Below are positions 37,360 through 47,956 of a DNA stretch of 64,000 bases, in pieces. The stretch spans positions 21,260 to 85,259 of the forward strand of contig CAZWPF010000001.1 in the NCBI GenBank assembly GCA_964636205.1. Direction: 5' to 3'. The position numbers and the translations under genes were made by a program. The notes beneath the pieces are model-generated. The model did not search any database. It was not told the DNA's origin and saw only the letters and a program-made list of their open reading frames with translations. Origin of the DNA: an uncultured Chitinophagaceae bacterium (GTDB taxonomy: Bacteria; Bacteroidota; Bacteroidia; Chitinophagales; Chitinophagaceae). The stretch's first letter is position 1, and every line of letters starts with the position of its first letter.

Positions 37360-37624
37360 AATAGATTGTTGGTTCGATTTAATTTTCTCCTGAGTTGGTA
37401 TGAGTAGTTATGAATGAAATTTCAATGTGCAAATCTCGGACTTTAGACCACAATTCGGTAAAATATCACCACAGTTGCACCATCCCCCCCCGGAATTGTT
37501 TGGGTGAATAAAAAAATATATGAATCGCCTTAAAGTCTATAAGTGGTGCACTGTTGATGGGGTATATATGTTCATTCTTTCTAGCTGGCGCCGCGATTAA
37601 GCTCTAAAGGTTTTCAGCAGATGA

Positions 37625-38530
37625 ATGGCATGGTGTTTTAGCCTTTTCGGGCGAGAGAGTGTCCTTTTTACCCTATTCCGGAAGCAGATGAACCCATTTC
37701 TTAAAATTCGTGGTTTGGTTTTGTGTGTCTTGGCAGTCGCCTTATTTCTATTGAGCATTTGGCCTGCTAAAGAGTACCTTCCTACTATCGCGCCAATAAG
37801 TGAGGATTTATTCGATCCTATATTGGTAGGCAGGGTGCAATCTGTGGATCAATTGTTGAATTACACGGATAGTATAGCGCACGCAAAGCAAATTCCATTA
37901 AAAAGTGCAGCCTATTGGGATGAGATGGCTACGGTACTTCGATATCGTTTTTACCATGGATATGCGAATTATGATTTATCGGAAAACTGGATAGCTTTTT
38001 TGAGCGGACAGTTGTTTTGGTATCATCTAAAGGCTATTGTAATACCCGATGATATTTTGAAACACCCGATGGCGGCTTGCAGTCAGCAAAGTATAGTTTT
38101 GATGGAATGCATGAAGCGCAGGGGTGTGCCATTTCGCGCTGTGAAATTTGCTCGCCATTATGCTGTGGAAGCGCAGATAGATGGAGGATGGAAGTACTTT
38201 GATACAAATCTTGAACCTATTTTATCGGTTCCTCGTCAATCTTTTGAAACGTATTATTCTACCGGAGAATGGGAAAGGATGTATGCACATCGGATAGAAC
38301 CGTTGCGGTCGGCTTTCGTGCTAAAATTTACCGGCTATAGTGAGGAGTCGGTGGCTCCTGCTCCCAATGCTACCTTATTTCATCAAATTACCGGATTCAT
38401 TTCTAAGACACTCTGGCTGGTTCCATTGATTATATTCTTTGCCCTCAATAGAACCAGGTTACGTAATGAGTTCTCAAGGGGATTGGGGAGTCGCCAGGTG
38501 TACCAGGGCGGAGTTTATCTGAACACTTGA
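37625..38530 (+). CDS. Membrane-anchored protein with a transglutaminase-like Cys-His-Asp core
   Basis: AACSQQSIVLMECMKRRGVPFRAVKFARHYAVEAQIDGGWKYFDTN fits the C...GvPxR...H.a..e....gW..fD pattern. N- and C-terminal TM helices. The start may be the ATG at 37688 (MNPFLKIRG...). Confidence 0.5.
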   Translation: MAWCFSLFGRESVLFTLFRKQMNPFLKIRGLVLCVLAVALFLLSIWPAKEYLPTIAPISEDLFDPILVGRVQSVDQLLNYTDSIAHAKQIPLKSAAYWDEMATVLRYRFYHGYANYDLSENWIAFLSGQLFWYHLKAIVIPDDILKHPMAACSQQSIVLMECMKRRGVPFRAVKFARHYAVEAQIDGGWKYFDTNLEPILSVPRQSFETYYSTGEWERMYAHRIEPLRSAFVLKFTGYSEESVAPAPNATLFHQITGFISKTLWLVPLIIFFALNRTRLRNEFSRGLGSRQVYQGGVYLNT

Positions 38531-38656
38531 TTGCATAGGATTCAGCTCTACTGTTAAAATATCTAAAATTCTCTTTCTCTTTACTGCTTCCAACTCAGGG
38601 AAAGGACTATTTTTAGGGGATAAATGATGTTCTAAGCCTACCAGCTATCTAAATCC

Positions 38657-40687
38657 ATGTTATCTCTGAGGTATTTTATCTATATTCTGACTGTATTGTT
38701 GCTCATAGGTGGGTCGGCCATCGCTCAGATACCGCTCGCTACGGATCCGGGTCAGCAGCGGCCATCTGCCAGAGAGATGAAACGGTATGAAATCGATGCC
38801 AAGCGAATTGGTGTAGAACCGGAAAGTAACGATGCCTTGCCCCGATCCAGAGAGTTTATTCGTATCGACAGTACCTATTATGTGGGGTGGTTTTACGAGG
38901 GTGCCTATAAGTACAATCATGCTGCCGATTTACTCGGATTTAAGAATGCCTCCATTCCTCTAGAGCGAGCGCTCTATCTCATGGAGCGTGATTATAAGAA
39001 GGAATTAGCTACCCGCACCAGCGATTTCTTCACATATTATCCGGTTTATCGCTTCCAAACGGACTATACGCATATTGCATACTATTTGGTGAATTGCTAT
39101 AGCAATATGGAGGAGCCTCAGAAAGTCTATGATTTACTCAAACGGGTCTTGCGATGGAATTTTCAACGCGACTATTACATGGATGCCTATAATTACCTCG
39201 CCTGGACTGTCCACCGAAACCGATTTTACACTAGTTCCCAATATTCATTTTTAGGAAATTCCATAGAAGAGAATGAGCAGTTGGCTCATCGCTATTTGGA
39301 TTCGGGAATAAGAAAGATCGAATTGGATCGCAGGGTGAACAGTGAAATTTTCCCGCCGGGATATGAACGTTATGATAAGTTAGCGGTATACCATTACAAG
39401 GCGATTCTATACAGTTATGCTTTGAATATCGATAGTGCGGAAAGGTATTATCGTTTGATGCGCAACAGTTCTATTTTCCCACATAACAACTATGCGACTT
39501 TCCGTGCTATCTGTGGCGATTTCCGGTCGGCCGAGGCTTATTATGAAAGAGCTGCAGGTCAGGAAACCGGCGATAAGCGACTGAAAGAGTATATTTATTA
39601 CACTTCGATCCTGGACATTTACAAGGGCAACCCGCAGAGGGCAATGCAGTTCTTGCGTGATGTAATTCGCGCAAACGGTTCCACGCCCGGATTCGGATGG
39701 TATAATATTGCACTTGCCCGCAGTTTTTATTACGACGGTCAGATTAAGGAAAGTGCACAGACAATTGAGAAGGCACAGCAGTTTCGGGAGCTGCACATTG
39801 GCACCACTCTGGGCCAGAGCCATTATGATTTCAGCATCCAGCTCAACAAATTGATGAATCGGGAAGCAGAATGGGAAATGCAACGGTTCGAGAATCGCAA
39901 TTGGTGGTACAATCCGATGGTGCTTGGAAAGATGGGGCAGATTCTGGGAGAGAAATATATGCAGCAATTCCTGATCATCAATCAATTTGCTCAAAATCCT
40001 GAAAGGGAACAGGTAATTTACAAGCTATTTTCAACGGAGAGTACGGTTAATTGGGACGAGATCTGGTTCCTGATAAAGGATTTTAGCACCCGATTTTTTC
40101 TGAATCGGTTTCAAAAGGAATTAAGTGCGGATGATCGTCCATTGATTAAAAAGTACTACCAACTGTTCGTAGCTAAGTTGCATATGACTCAAGACAACTA
40201 TGAGCAAGCACAGCGGTTGCTGGACGTGATATTGGCAGATGAGACGATTGATGTCGATTATGAAAAGCTTTTTTTGGCGAGAGTTTATGAGGCAAAAGCA
40301 AAATGTGCCGACAAGTTGAAGGATCAGCAGGGAAGGGAAAAATGGTTATATCAAATGTATCGCGTTTATCCTCAGTTGGTGCCCTATTCCGGATTGCGTA
40401 TGCCGATTCATTTGACGGTGGAGGGCAATGCTGAACCGCAGGTAATAGAGCGGTTAAAGGCCTGCAATATAGAATGGGCGAATCCATCACAGTCACAATC
40501 GGTTCGGGCAATTATTCGATTTGTCAAAAACGGAGATCGGAAATATATAGAATACCAGGTGGTGGATGTGGATGGATCGGAACTTGTTGCAAATCATGCA
40601 TTTAGTTGGAAGGAGCCTGCCGAAGCCGGAGTGGAACTGGCATATCGGTTGTTTGGGATCAGAGGTAAAATAGGTGTTGAGGATTAA
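38657..40687 (+). CDS. Secreted all-alpha (TPR-like) hypothetical protein
   Basis: 676 aa with a signal peptide (LLIGGSAIAQ). Tyr/Arg-rich helical repeats (AERYYRLM, AEAYYERA, YEQAQRLLDVIL). No catalytic motif recognised. Confidence 0.55.
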   Translation: MLSLRYFIYILTVLLLIGGSAIAQIPLATDPGQQRPSAREMKRYEIDAKRIGVEPESNDALPRSREFIRIDSTYYVGWFYEGAYKYNHAADLLGFKNASIPLERALYLMERDYKKELATRTSDFFTYYPVYRFQTDYTHIAYYLVNCYSNMEEPQKVYDLLKRVLRWNFQRDYYMDAYNYLAWTVHRNRFYTSSQYSFLGNSIEENEQLAHRYLDSGIRKIELDRRVNSEIFPPGYERYDKLAVYHYKAILYSYALNIDSAERYYRLMRNSSIFPHNNYATFRAICGDFRSAEAYYERAAGQETGDKRLKEYIYYTSILDIYKGNPQRAMQFLRDVIRANGSTPGFGWYNIALARSFYYDGQIKESAQTIEKAQQFRELHIGTTLGQSHYDFSIQLNKLMNREAEWEMQRFENRNWWYNPMVLGKMGQILGEKYMQQFLIINQFAQNPEREQVIYKLFSTESTVNWDEIWFLIKDFSTRFFLNRFQKELSADDRPLIKKYYQLFVAKLHMTQDNYEQAQRLLDVILADETIDVDYEKLFLARVYEAKAKCADKLKDQQGREKWLYQMYRVYPQLVPYSGLRMPIHLTVEGNAEPQVIERLKACNIEWANPSQSQSVRAIIRFVKNGDRKYIEYQVVDVDGSELVANHAFSWKEPAEAGVELAYRLFGIRGKIGVED

Positions 40688-40876
40688 GTAAACAAAGTTT
40701 TAACGGAGAATTGGCCAAAATTCAAATGTTGAAACTGGATATATCAATATTTCGTCTTACCTTCGCGCCGTTTTTATAACCTTTTGAGCGTACTATTACC
40801 TTCTTCACGGAATGTGACGCTTCGTTCAGGGTACAGGTGATAAACAAGACACCTGATCAACCAGACAATACCAAAT

Positions 40877-42685
40877 ATGAATATACGCAACATTGCAATT
40901 ATTGCCCACGTAGACCACGGCAAGACAACACTAGTAGACAAAATTCTTCATTTTACCAGCGTATTTCGAAACAACCAGGAGACTGGTGAGTTGATCATGG
41001 ATAACAATGATCTGGAGCGTGAGCGAGGAATTACGATCTTTTCAAAAAATGCCTCCGTTGAATATAAGGGGGTGAAAATTAACGTAATCGATACACCGGG
41101 TCACGCCGATTTTGGTGGTGAAGTAGAACGTGTACTGAAAATGGCAGATGGCGTAATTCTGCTGGTGGATGCTTTTGAAGGGCCGATGCCACAAACTCGG
41201 TTCGTATTGCAAAAGGCATTACAGCTGAATTTACGTCCGATCGTCGTTGTGAATAAAGTTGATAAGCCGAACTGCAGACCGGACGAAGTTCACGACGCAG
41301 TATTCGAGTTATTTTTCCAATTGGATGCATCTGAGGAACAGTTGGATTTTACTACTTTGTATGGTTCTTCCAAACAAGGTTGGTTTAATACTTCACTGAC
41401 TCCTGCATCAGATATTTCACCATTGTTAGATGCAATTATAGAGAAGGTGCCGGAACCAAAGGTTTCTGAAGGTACTTTACAATTGCAAATCACATCATTA
41501 GATTATTCTTCATTCTTAGGTCGGATCGCGGTAGGTAGAATTACTCGTGGTAAGATTACTGAAAACCAGCAAGTACAACTTTGTAAGGCTGACGGTAGTT
41601 TTGTAAAGAGTCGTGTACGTGAACTGTATGTGTTTGAGGGGATGGGAAAGAAGCGTGTCGCAGAAGTGGCAGCAGGTGATCTGTGTGCAGTAGTGGGTGT
41701 CGAAGATTTTCAGATAGGTGAAACCATTGCAGATTTCGAAAACCCCGAGCCACTCGAAATTATAGCTATCGATGAGCCGACGATGAACATGCAGTTCTCG
41801 ATCAATAACTCTCCATTCTTTGGTAAGGAAGGTAAGTTTGTTACCAGTCGTCACATTCGTGATCGCTTAATGAAGGAACTGGAGAAGAACCTCGCTTTGA
41901 GAGTTAAGGAAACCGAAGACGCAGATAAGTTCCTGGTTTATGGTCGTGGTATTCTCCACCTCAGCGTATTGGTGGAAACCATGCGTAGAGAGGGTTACGA
42001 ACTTACTATCGGACAGCCTCAGGTAATTACCCGTGAAATAGATGGTCAGAAACACGAACCGTTTGAAGTATTGGTGGTTGATGTACCTGCCGAATACAGT
42101 GGTAAGGTTATCGATTTGGTAACTCAACGTAAAGGTGAAATGCTGGTGATGGATTCTAAGGGCGAAATGCAACACTTAGAATTTGAAGTGCCGGCACGTG
42201 GTCTTATCGGACTTCGTTCCCAGATGTTGACCGCAACGGCGGGAGAAGCTGTTATGGCGCATCGTTTTAGTGAATACAAGCCTTGGAAGGGTGTTATCCC
42301 AGGTCGAAATAACGGTGTGTTAGTAGCTAAACAAGGTGGTAGCAGTACCGGCTATTCTATTGACAAACTGCAGGATCGTGGTAACTTCTTTATCGATCCG
42401 GGCGAAGAAGTATATGCCGGTATGATTGTGGCTGAGAATATTAAGCCGGGTGATTTGAACGTGAACGTAGTTGAAGGTAAGAAACTGACCAATATGCGGG
42501 CTTCAGGATCTGATGCTGCGACCAATATCGCGCCTAAGATTCAAATGTCACTTGAAGAGTGTATGGAGTATATCCAACAAGATGAGTGCATCGAGGTTAC
42601 ACCGAAAAGCATTCGCCTGAGAAAGATCATGTTGGATGAGAATGATCGCGCGAAATACGCGAAATCATTGAAAATAGCACAATAA
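40877..42685 (+). CDS. typA: Translational GTPase TypA/BipA
   Basis: IRNIAIIAHVDHGKTTLVDK, DTPGHADFGGEVER, NKVDK and a length of 602 aa. Confidence 0.95.
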   Translation: MNIRNIAIIAHVDHGKTTLVDKILHFTSVFRNNQETGELIMDNNDLERERGITIFSKNASVEYKGVKINVIDTPGHADFGGEVERVLKMADGVILLVDAFEGPMPQTRFVLQKALQLNLRPIVVVNKVDKPNCRPDEVHDAVFELFFQLDASEEQLDFTTLYGSSKQGWFNTSLTPASDISPLLDAIIEKVPEPKVSEGTLQLQITSLDYSSFLGRIAVGRITRGKITENQQVQLCKADGSFVKSRVRELYVFEGMGKKRVAEVAAGDLCAVVGVEDFQIGETIADFENPEPLEIIAIDEPTMNMQFSINNSPFFGKEGKFVTSRHIRDRLMKELEKNLALRVKETEDADKFLVYGRGILHLSVLVETMRREGYELTIGQPQVITREIDGQKHEPFEVLVVDVPAEYSGKVIDLVTQRKGEMLVMDSKGEMQHLEFEVPARGLIGLRSQMLTATAGEAVMAHRFSEYKPWKGVIPGRNNGVLVAKQGGSSTGYSIDKLQDRGNFFIDPGEEVYAGMIVAENIKPGDLNVNVVEGKKLTNMRASGSDAATNIAPKIQMSLEECMEYIQQDECIEVTPKSIRLRKIMLDENDRAKYAKSLKIAQ

Positions 42686-42725
42686 TATCTACTGCTCTAA
42701 AATGGGCGTTATTGAATTATTTAGT

Positions 42726-42775
42726 AAGATGGATGTCTTGAGCTTTTAAGCCTGAAACATCCATCTTTATTTTTG
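42726..42775 (+). terminator. Rho-independent terminator of typA
   Basis: 11-bp stem AAGATGGATGT / ACATCCATCTT with an inner GCTT..AAGC pairing, followed by TATTTTTGG. Confidence 0.7.
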
Positions 42776-42800
42776 GTCGATCATCGACGCTACAATTCTT

Positions 42801-42808
42801 TAACTTTG
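42801..42808 (+). promoter_or_regulatory. -7 promoter box (TAACTTTG)
   Basis: TAnnTTTG match with only 6 nt between the box and the ATG at 42815. Confidence 0.4.
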
Positions 42809-42814
42809 TTTGTT

Positions 42815-43858
42815 ATGAATCTAAAAGACGAACTGAACAGCTTGCTCCGCGAAAGAATACTGATAATCGATGGAGCGATGGGAACTATGATTCAAAGGTA
42901 TAGACTGGATGAGCAGGGGTACCGAGGCGATCGTTTTAAAGATTGGTCAATGGATCTCAAAGGCAATAATGATTTGCTTTCTATAACTAAACCCGAAATA
43001 ATTGAGGAGATACATCTGGCATATTTGGAAGCTGGAGCAAATATAATTGAGACAAATACCTTTAACGCACAAGCTGTATCATTAGCTGACTACGGAATGG
43101 AGTCACTGGCAGCTGAAATAAATATTGCGGCAGCGAAAATCGCCAGAAAGGCAGTGGACCGGTTCCGATTGGAAAAAGGCCAGGAAGCGGTAGCATATGT
43201 TGCGGGTGCTATCGGACCTATGAACAAGACACTTTCGATGTCGCCTGATGTGAATCGCCCGGGTTATCGCGCGGTAACATTTGAGGAGGTTGCAAATGCA
43301 TACTATGAGCAGATCGCTGCGTTGGTCGAAGGTGGCGTAGATATATTGCTGGTAGAAACCGTATTTGATACGCTCAATGCGAAGGCAGCTATTTTTGCAA
43401 TAGAGAGATATTTTGATGATACCGGAATGGAAAAAGTGCCGGTGATGATCTCCGGAACGATTACTGACGCGTCGGGTCGAACATTGAGCGGTCAGACTCT
43501 CGAGGCGTTTTATATATCAATGATGCATGCGGATCCAATTTCTATTGGGCTGAACTGCGCTTTGGGTGCCGCTCAGATGAGACCTTATTTGAAAGAGTTG
43601 GCCGAACTGGCTACTTGCAATGTAAGTTGTTATCCGAATGCGGGATTGCCGAATGCAATGGGAGAATATGATGAGACTCCCGATGTGACAGCATCTATTG
43701 TCGCAGAGTTTGCAGAAGAGGGGTGGTTGAACCTAGTTGGGGGTTGTTGCGGCACTACCCCTGATCATATAAGGGCAATCGCCTCGGTGATGAAGGATCT
43801 TCGGCCACGAAAATTACCGGAAATAGCCCCGGTTTTAATGGATGCAGGAACAAATTAG
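42815..43858 (+). CDS. Homocysteine S-methyltransferase domain protein (MetH N-terminal Hcy-binding module only)
   Basis: [13 protein letters not shown], the Zn-ligand contexts GLNCALG and [11 protein letters not shown], and an end 10 aa after PRKLPEI. The pterin, B12 and AdoMet modules are absent. The TTG at 42773 in the ORF track lies inside the typA terminator. Confidence 0.85.
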   Translation: MNLKDELNSLLRERILIIDGAMGTMIQRYRLDEQGYRGDRFKDWSMDLKGNNDLLSITKPEIIEEIHLAYLEAGANIIETNTFNAQAVSLADYGMESLAAEINIAAAKIARKAVDRFRLEKGQEAVAYVAGAIGPMNKTLSMSPDVNRPGYRAVTFEEVANAYYEQIAALVEGGVDILLVETVFDTLNAKAAIFAIERYFDDTGMEKVPVMISGTITDASGRTLSGQTLEAFYISMMHADPISIGLNCALGAAQMRPYLKELAELATCNVSCYPNAGLPNAMGEYDETPDVTASIVAEFAEEGWLNLVGGCCGTTPDHIRAIASVMKDLRPRKLPEIAPVLMDAGTN

Positions 43859-43972
43859 TTTATAACCTGTAACCGCTGAAACTGTCAGTAGGAGGGGTCA
43901 ATATTACCACATGAAGATGTGATGCCAAAACCATTGAGAAAGAAAAAATGGATTTTTCTTTAAAAAAATATT

Positions 43973-43980
43973 TACATTTG
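43973..43980 (+). promoter_or_regulatory. -7 promoter box (TACATTTG)
   Basis: TAnnTTTG match 37 nt upstream of the ATG at 44018. Confidence 0.45.
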
Positions 43981-44017
43981 AATTGATAGAAATTTCAAAA
44001 TTTAAATAAATAGCGTG

Positions 44018-45115
44018 ATGAAACGGTTATTTTTACTCTTAATGGCATCGGGTATTGCTGTGAGCCATGCACAAACAGTGCGTCAGGAAAATCAGGCGAT
44101 GGTTGGTAAAATCACTGCAACATGGTGTCCGCCTTGTGGAAGCTGGGGTTGGGCTTTAGCTGAAGAGATTATGGGCAGACTCGGCGAAGAGAATTCTTTT
44201 TATGTTGGTATTTTTAATAGTCCAAGAAACGATTGGAGTAACGGAAAGTTTAGAAACAAAACCGCAATCGAATGGGCTAACCAATTTGTCATGAGCGGTT
44301 GGCCAAGCTTTTCTATCAATGGTGTAGATAAGAGTGCCAAGAATTCTTCTTCTCAAGGTGTGAACACCGCAGGTGTGAAGAATGATATTTATGCTGCTTT
44401 TGATGCTTTCAAAGCACAACCGGTTGTTGCCGGTACGGGTTATTGGTATCGTAAAACCGGTACTGAAATAACGGTTCAGATCAAAACCAAATTCTTCGAA
44501 GATGTTACGGGTGATTATTACGTAGCTGCATATCTGGTTGAAGATGGTGCATTGAATCCACAAAATGCTAAAACAACAACTACTCAAACTATCGAACACC
44601 ACAATGTATTGCGTGGTTCTATGGGTAGTCACAGTGGTACTCCAGTTTGGGGAACTAAAGTAGGTAGTGATACTATCAAAGCGGGTGATGAATTCGAAAC
44701 CAGCTATACTGTTGATATTGGAGTAGAACCGGAATGGGACGTTGCCAAAATGAAAGTGGTAACTGTTATCTGGAAGAAAAATGCCATGAACAAGTATGAA
44801 TACGTAAATGGTAACGATAAAAACGAATTCCCTGCGTCTGTAGAAGATGTTACAAAAGGAATGAGCAGTTTGGCACTTTATCCTAATCCTGCTACTAACA
44901 ACGCTATGTTGTCAGTTATGATGGATAAAGCTTCTGATGTTCAAATTCGGGTTACTGATGTTACCGGACGTGTTATCTATTCTGAAAACACTCGTTTCAA
45001 TACCGGTATTAACGGATGGAATATCGAAACATCAGGATGGTCTGCAGGTACTTACCTGGTTAGTCTGACTACTCCTAAGGGTACACTGACTGAGCGTCTG
45101 GCTATCACTAAATAG
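44018..45115 (+). CDS. T9SS-sorted secreted protein with a thioredoxin-like WCPPC motif (Omp28-related-like)
   Basis: Signal peptide (GIAVSHAQT) and GKITATWCPPCGSWGW. The C-terminal CTD reads LALYPNPATNNAMLSV...GTYLVSLTTPKGTLTERLAITK. Confidence 0.75.
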   Translation: MKRLFLLLMASGIAVSHAQTVRQENQAMVGKITATWCPPCGSWGWALAEEIMGRLGEENSFYVGIFNSPRNDWSNGKFRNKTAIEWANQFVMSGWPSFSINGVDKSAKNSSSQGVNTAGVKNDIYAAFDAFKAQPVVAGTGYWYRKTGTEITVQIKTKFFEDVTGDYYVAAYLVEDGALNPQNAKTTTTQTIEHHNVLRGSMGSHSGTPVWGTKVGSDTIKAGDEFETSYTVDIGVEPEWDVAKMKVVTVIWKKNAMNKYEYVNGNDKNEFPASVEDVTKGMSSLALYPNPATNNAMLSVMMDKASDVQIRVTDVTGRVIYSENTRFNTGINGWNIETSGWSAGTYLVSLTTPKGTLTERLAITK

Positions 45116-45161
45116 TTGCCAAAAAGTAGTCGATCGACTATTTCAAATATTATCCAATAAC

Positions 45162-45190
45162 AAAAAGGGGCTTTTAGCCCCTTTTGTTAT
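45162..45190. terminator. Bidirectional rho-independent terminator between convergent genes
   Basis: AAAAAGGGGC-TTTTA-GCCCCTTTTGTTATTTT. A GC stem flanked by an A-run and a T-run, so it can work on both strands. Confidence 0.75.
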
Positions 45191-45328
45191 TTTAGTATGT
45201 AGATTGTATAGTCCTTAAAAATGCGACGACCTAAATTGAAAGTCGTTTGGTATCGGAAAATCAGATAAAGAAATTGTTGCCAAGTCTAAACCGGGAATCG
45301 GCATAGATACCGGGCAGCCGATCTTATC

Positions 45329-47353
<2,025 letters not shown>

Positions 47354-47407
47354 TCACCCAAAATCTGAGGTTTATATACAAGCATCGTCTAGTGAAATTT
47401 ATACCTA

Positions 47408-47415
47408 CAAAGATA
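47408..47415 (-). promoter_or_regulatory. -7 promoter box (TATCTTTG on the minus strand) for gyrB
   Basis: The plus strand reads CAAAGATA, about 100 nt upstream of the gyrB ATG. Confidence 0.35.
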
Positions 47416-47707
47416 CTGAATTATGCTCGTTTCAACAAGCTGAAAGCGCTTCCAAAAAACGGTTTATCCATATCTTTCACAGGGTTTTAGCGCTTTATTA
47501 TATGACGCATAATAATTTTATTTTAATTTTTGATAAATAGCAGATTATATTAGATTCTACATGATTGATTCGGATCCTAAGTATTTCATTTAATTAGAAC
47601 TCCCGACCGGTGGGCGAAGCTCATTTTGATATGTAAAGAATCGAGGTTTTTTGGGTCAGAAATTGCGAGTTTACTGAGGTCAGAAACAAAGAATATTAAA
47701 TTATCCT

Positions 47708-47715
47708 TACCTTTG
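47708..47715 (+). promoter_or_regulatory. -7 promoter box (TACCTTTG) driving the TPP riboswitch leader
   Basis: Exact TAnnTTTG, about 25 nt upstream of the riboswitch core. Confidence 0.5.
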
Positions 47716-47737
47716 CAGCGCAAATCGAAAGGTTATC

Positions 47738-47820
47738 GATTGCACGGGGTGCCTAAACAGTACGGGCTGAGATCATACCCGCTGAACCTGGACCGGGTAA
47801 TGCCGGTTAGGGATTAGTAT
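47738..47820 (+). promoter_or_regulatory. TPP (THI-box) riboswitch
   Basis: cacGGGGTGCctaaacagtacgGGCTGAGAtcatACCCgctGAACCTGgaCCGGGTAATGCCGGttAGGGAt contains the conserved GGGGUGC, CUGAGA, ACCC, GAACCUGA-like and UAAUGCC...AGGGA elements in canonical order. ORF 47626..47817 in the track is therefore spurious. Confidence 0.9.
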
Positions 47821-47956
47821 TCAGCTATCTTCTGTCGCCTCCATTGGAATAATTTATTGTACACAGGTGCACATGTGTATTGATTTCTTATGCTAATGGT
47901 TGGCTGGAAGCGTATGTATTGCATGGTACCCCGATGTCATCTAAAAAAATAAGACC

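Noticed and set aside
43859-43915. Possible degraded continuation of metH in another frame (…KLSVGGVNITT resembles MetH RLSGLEPLNI)
   Set aside because: Only 4-5 residues match, with a one-residue register shift, and a stop follows immediately. This is too weak to call a pseudogene remnant without a tblastn search.
45127-45140. Perfect 14-bp palindrome TAGTCGATCGACTA just after the T9SS gene stop
   Set aside because: It is a possible protein-binding or restriction-type site. It occurs once, lacks a loop for a stable hairpin, and has no context suggesting function.
47626-47817. 63-aa ORF in the track
   Set aside because: It coincides with the TPP riboswitch and its promoter. The RNA structure explains the sequence conservation pattern better than coding does.
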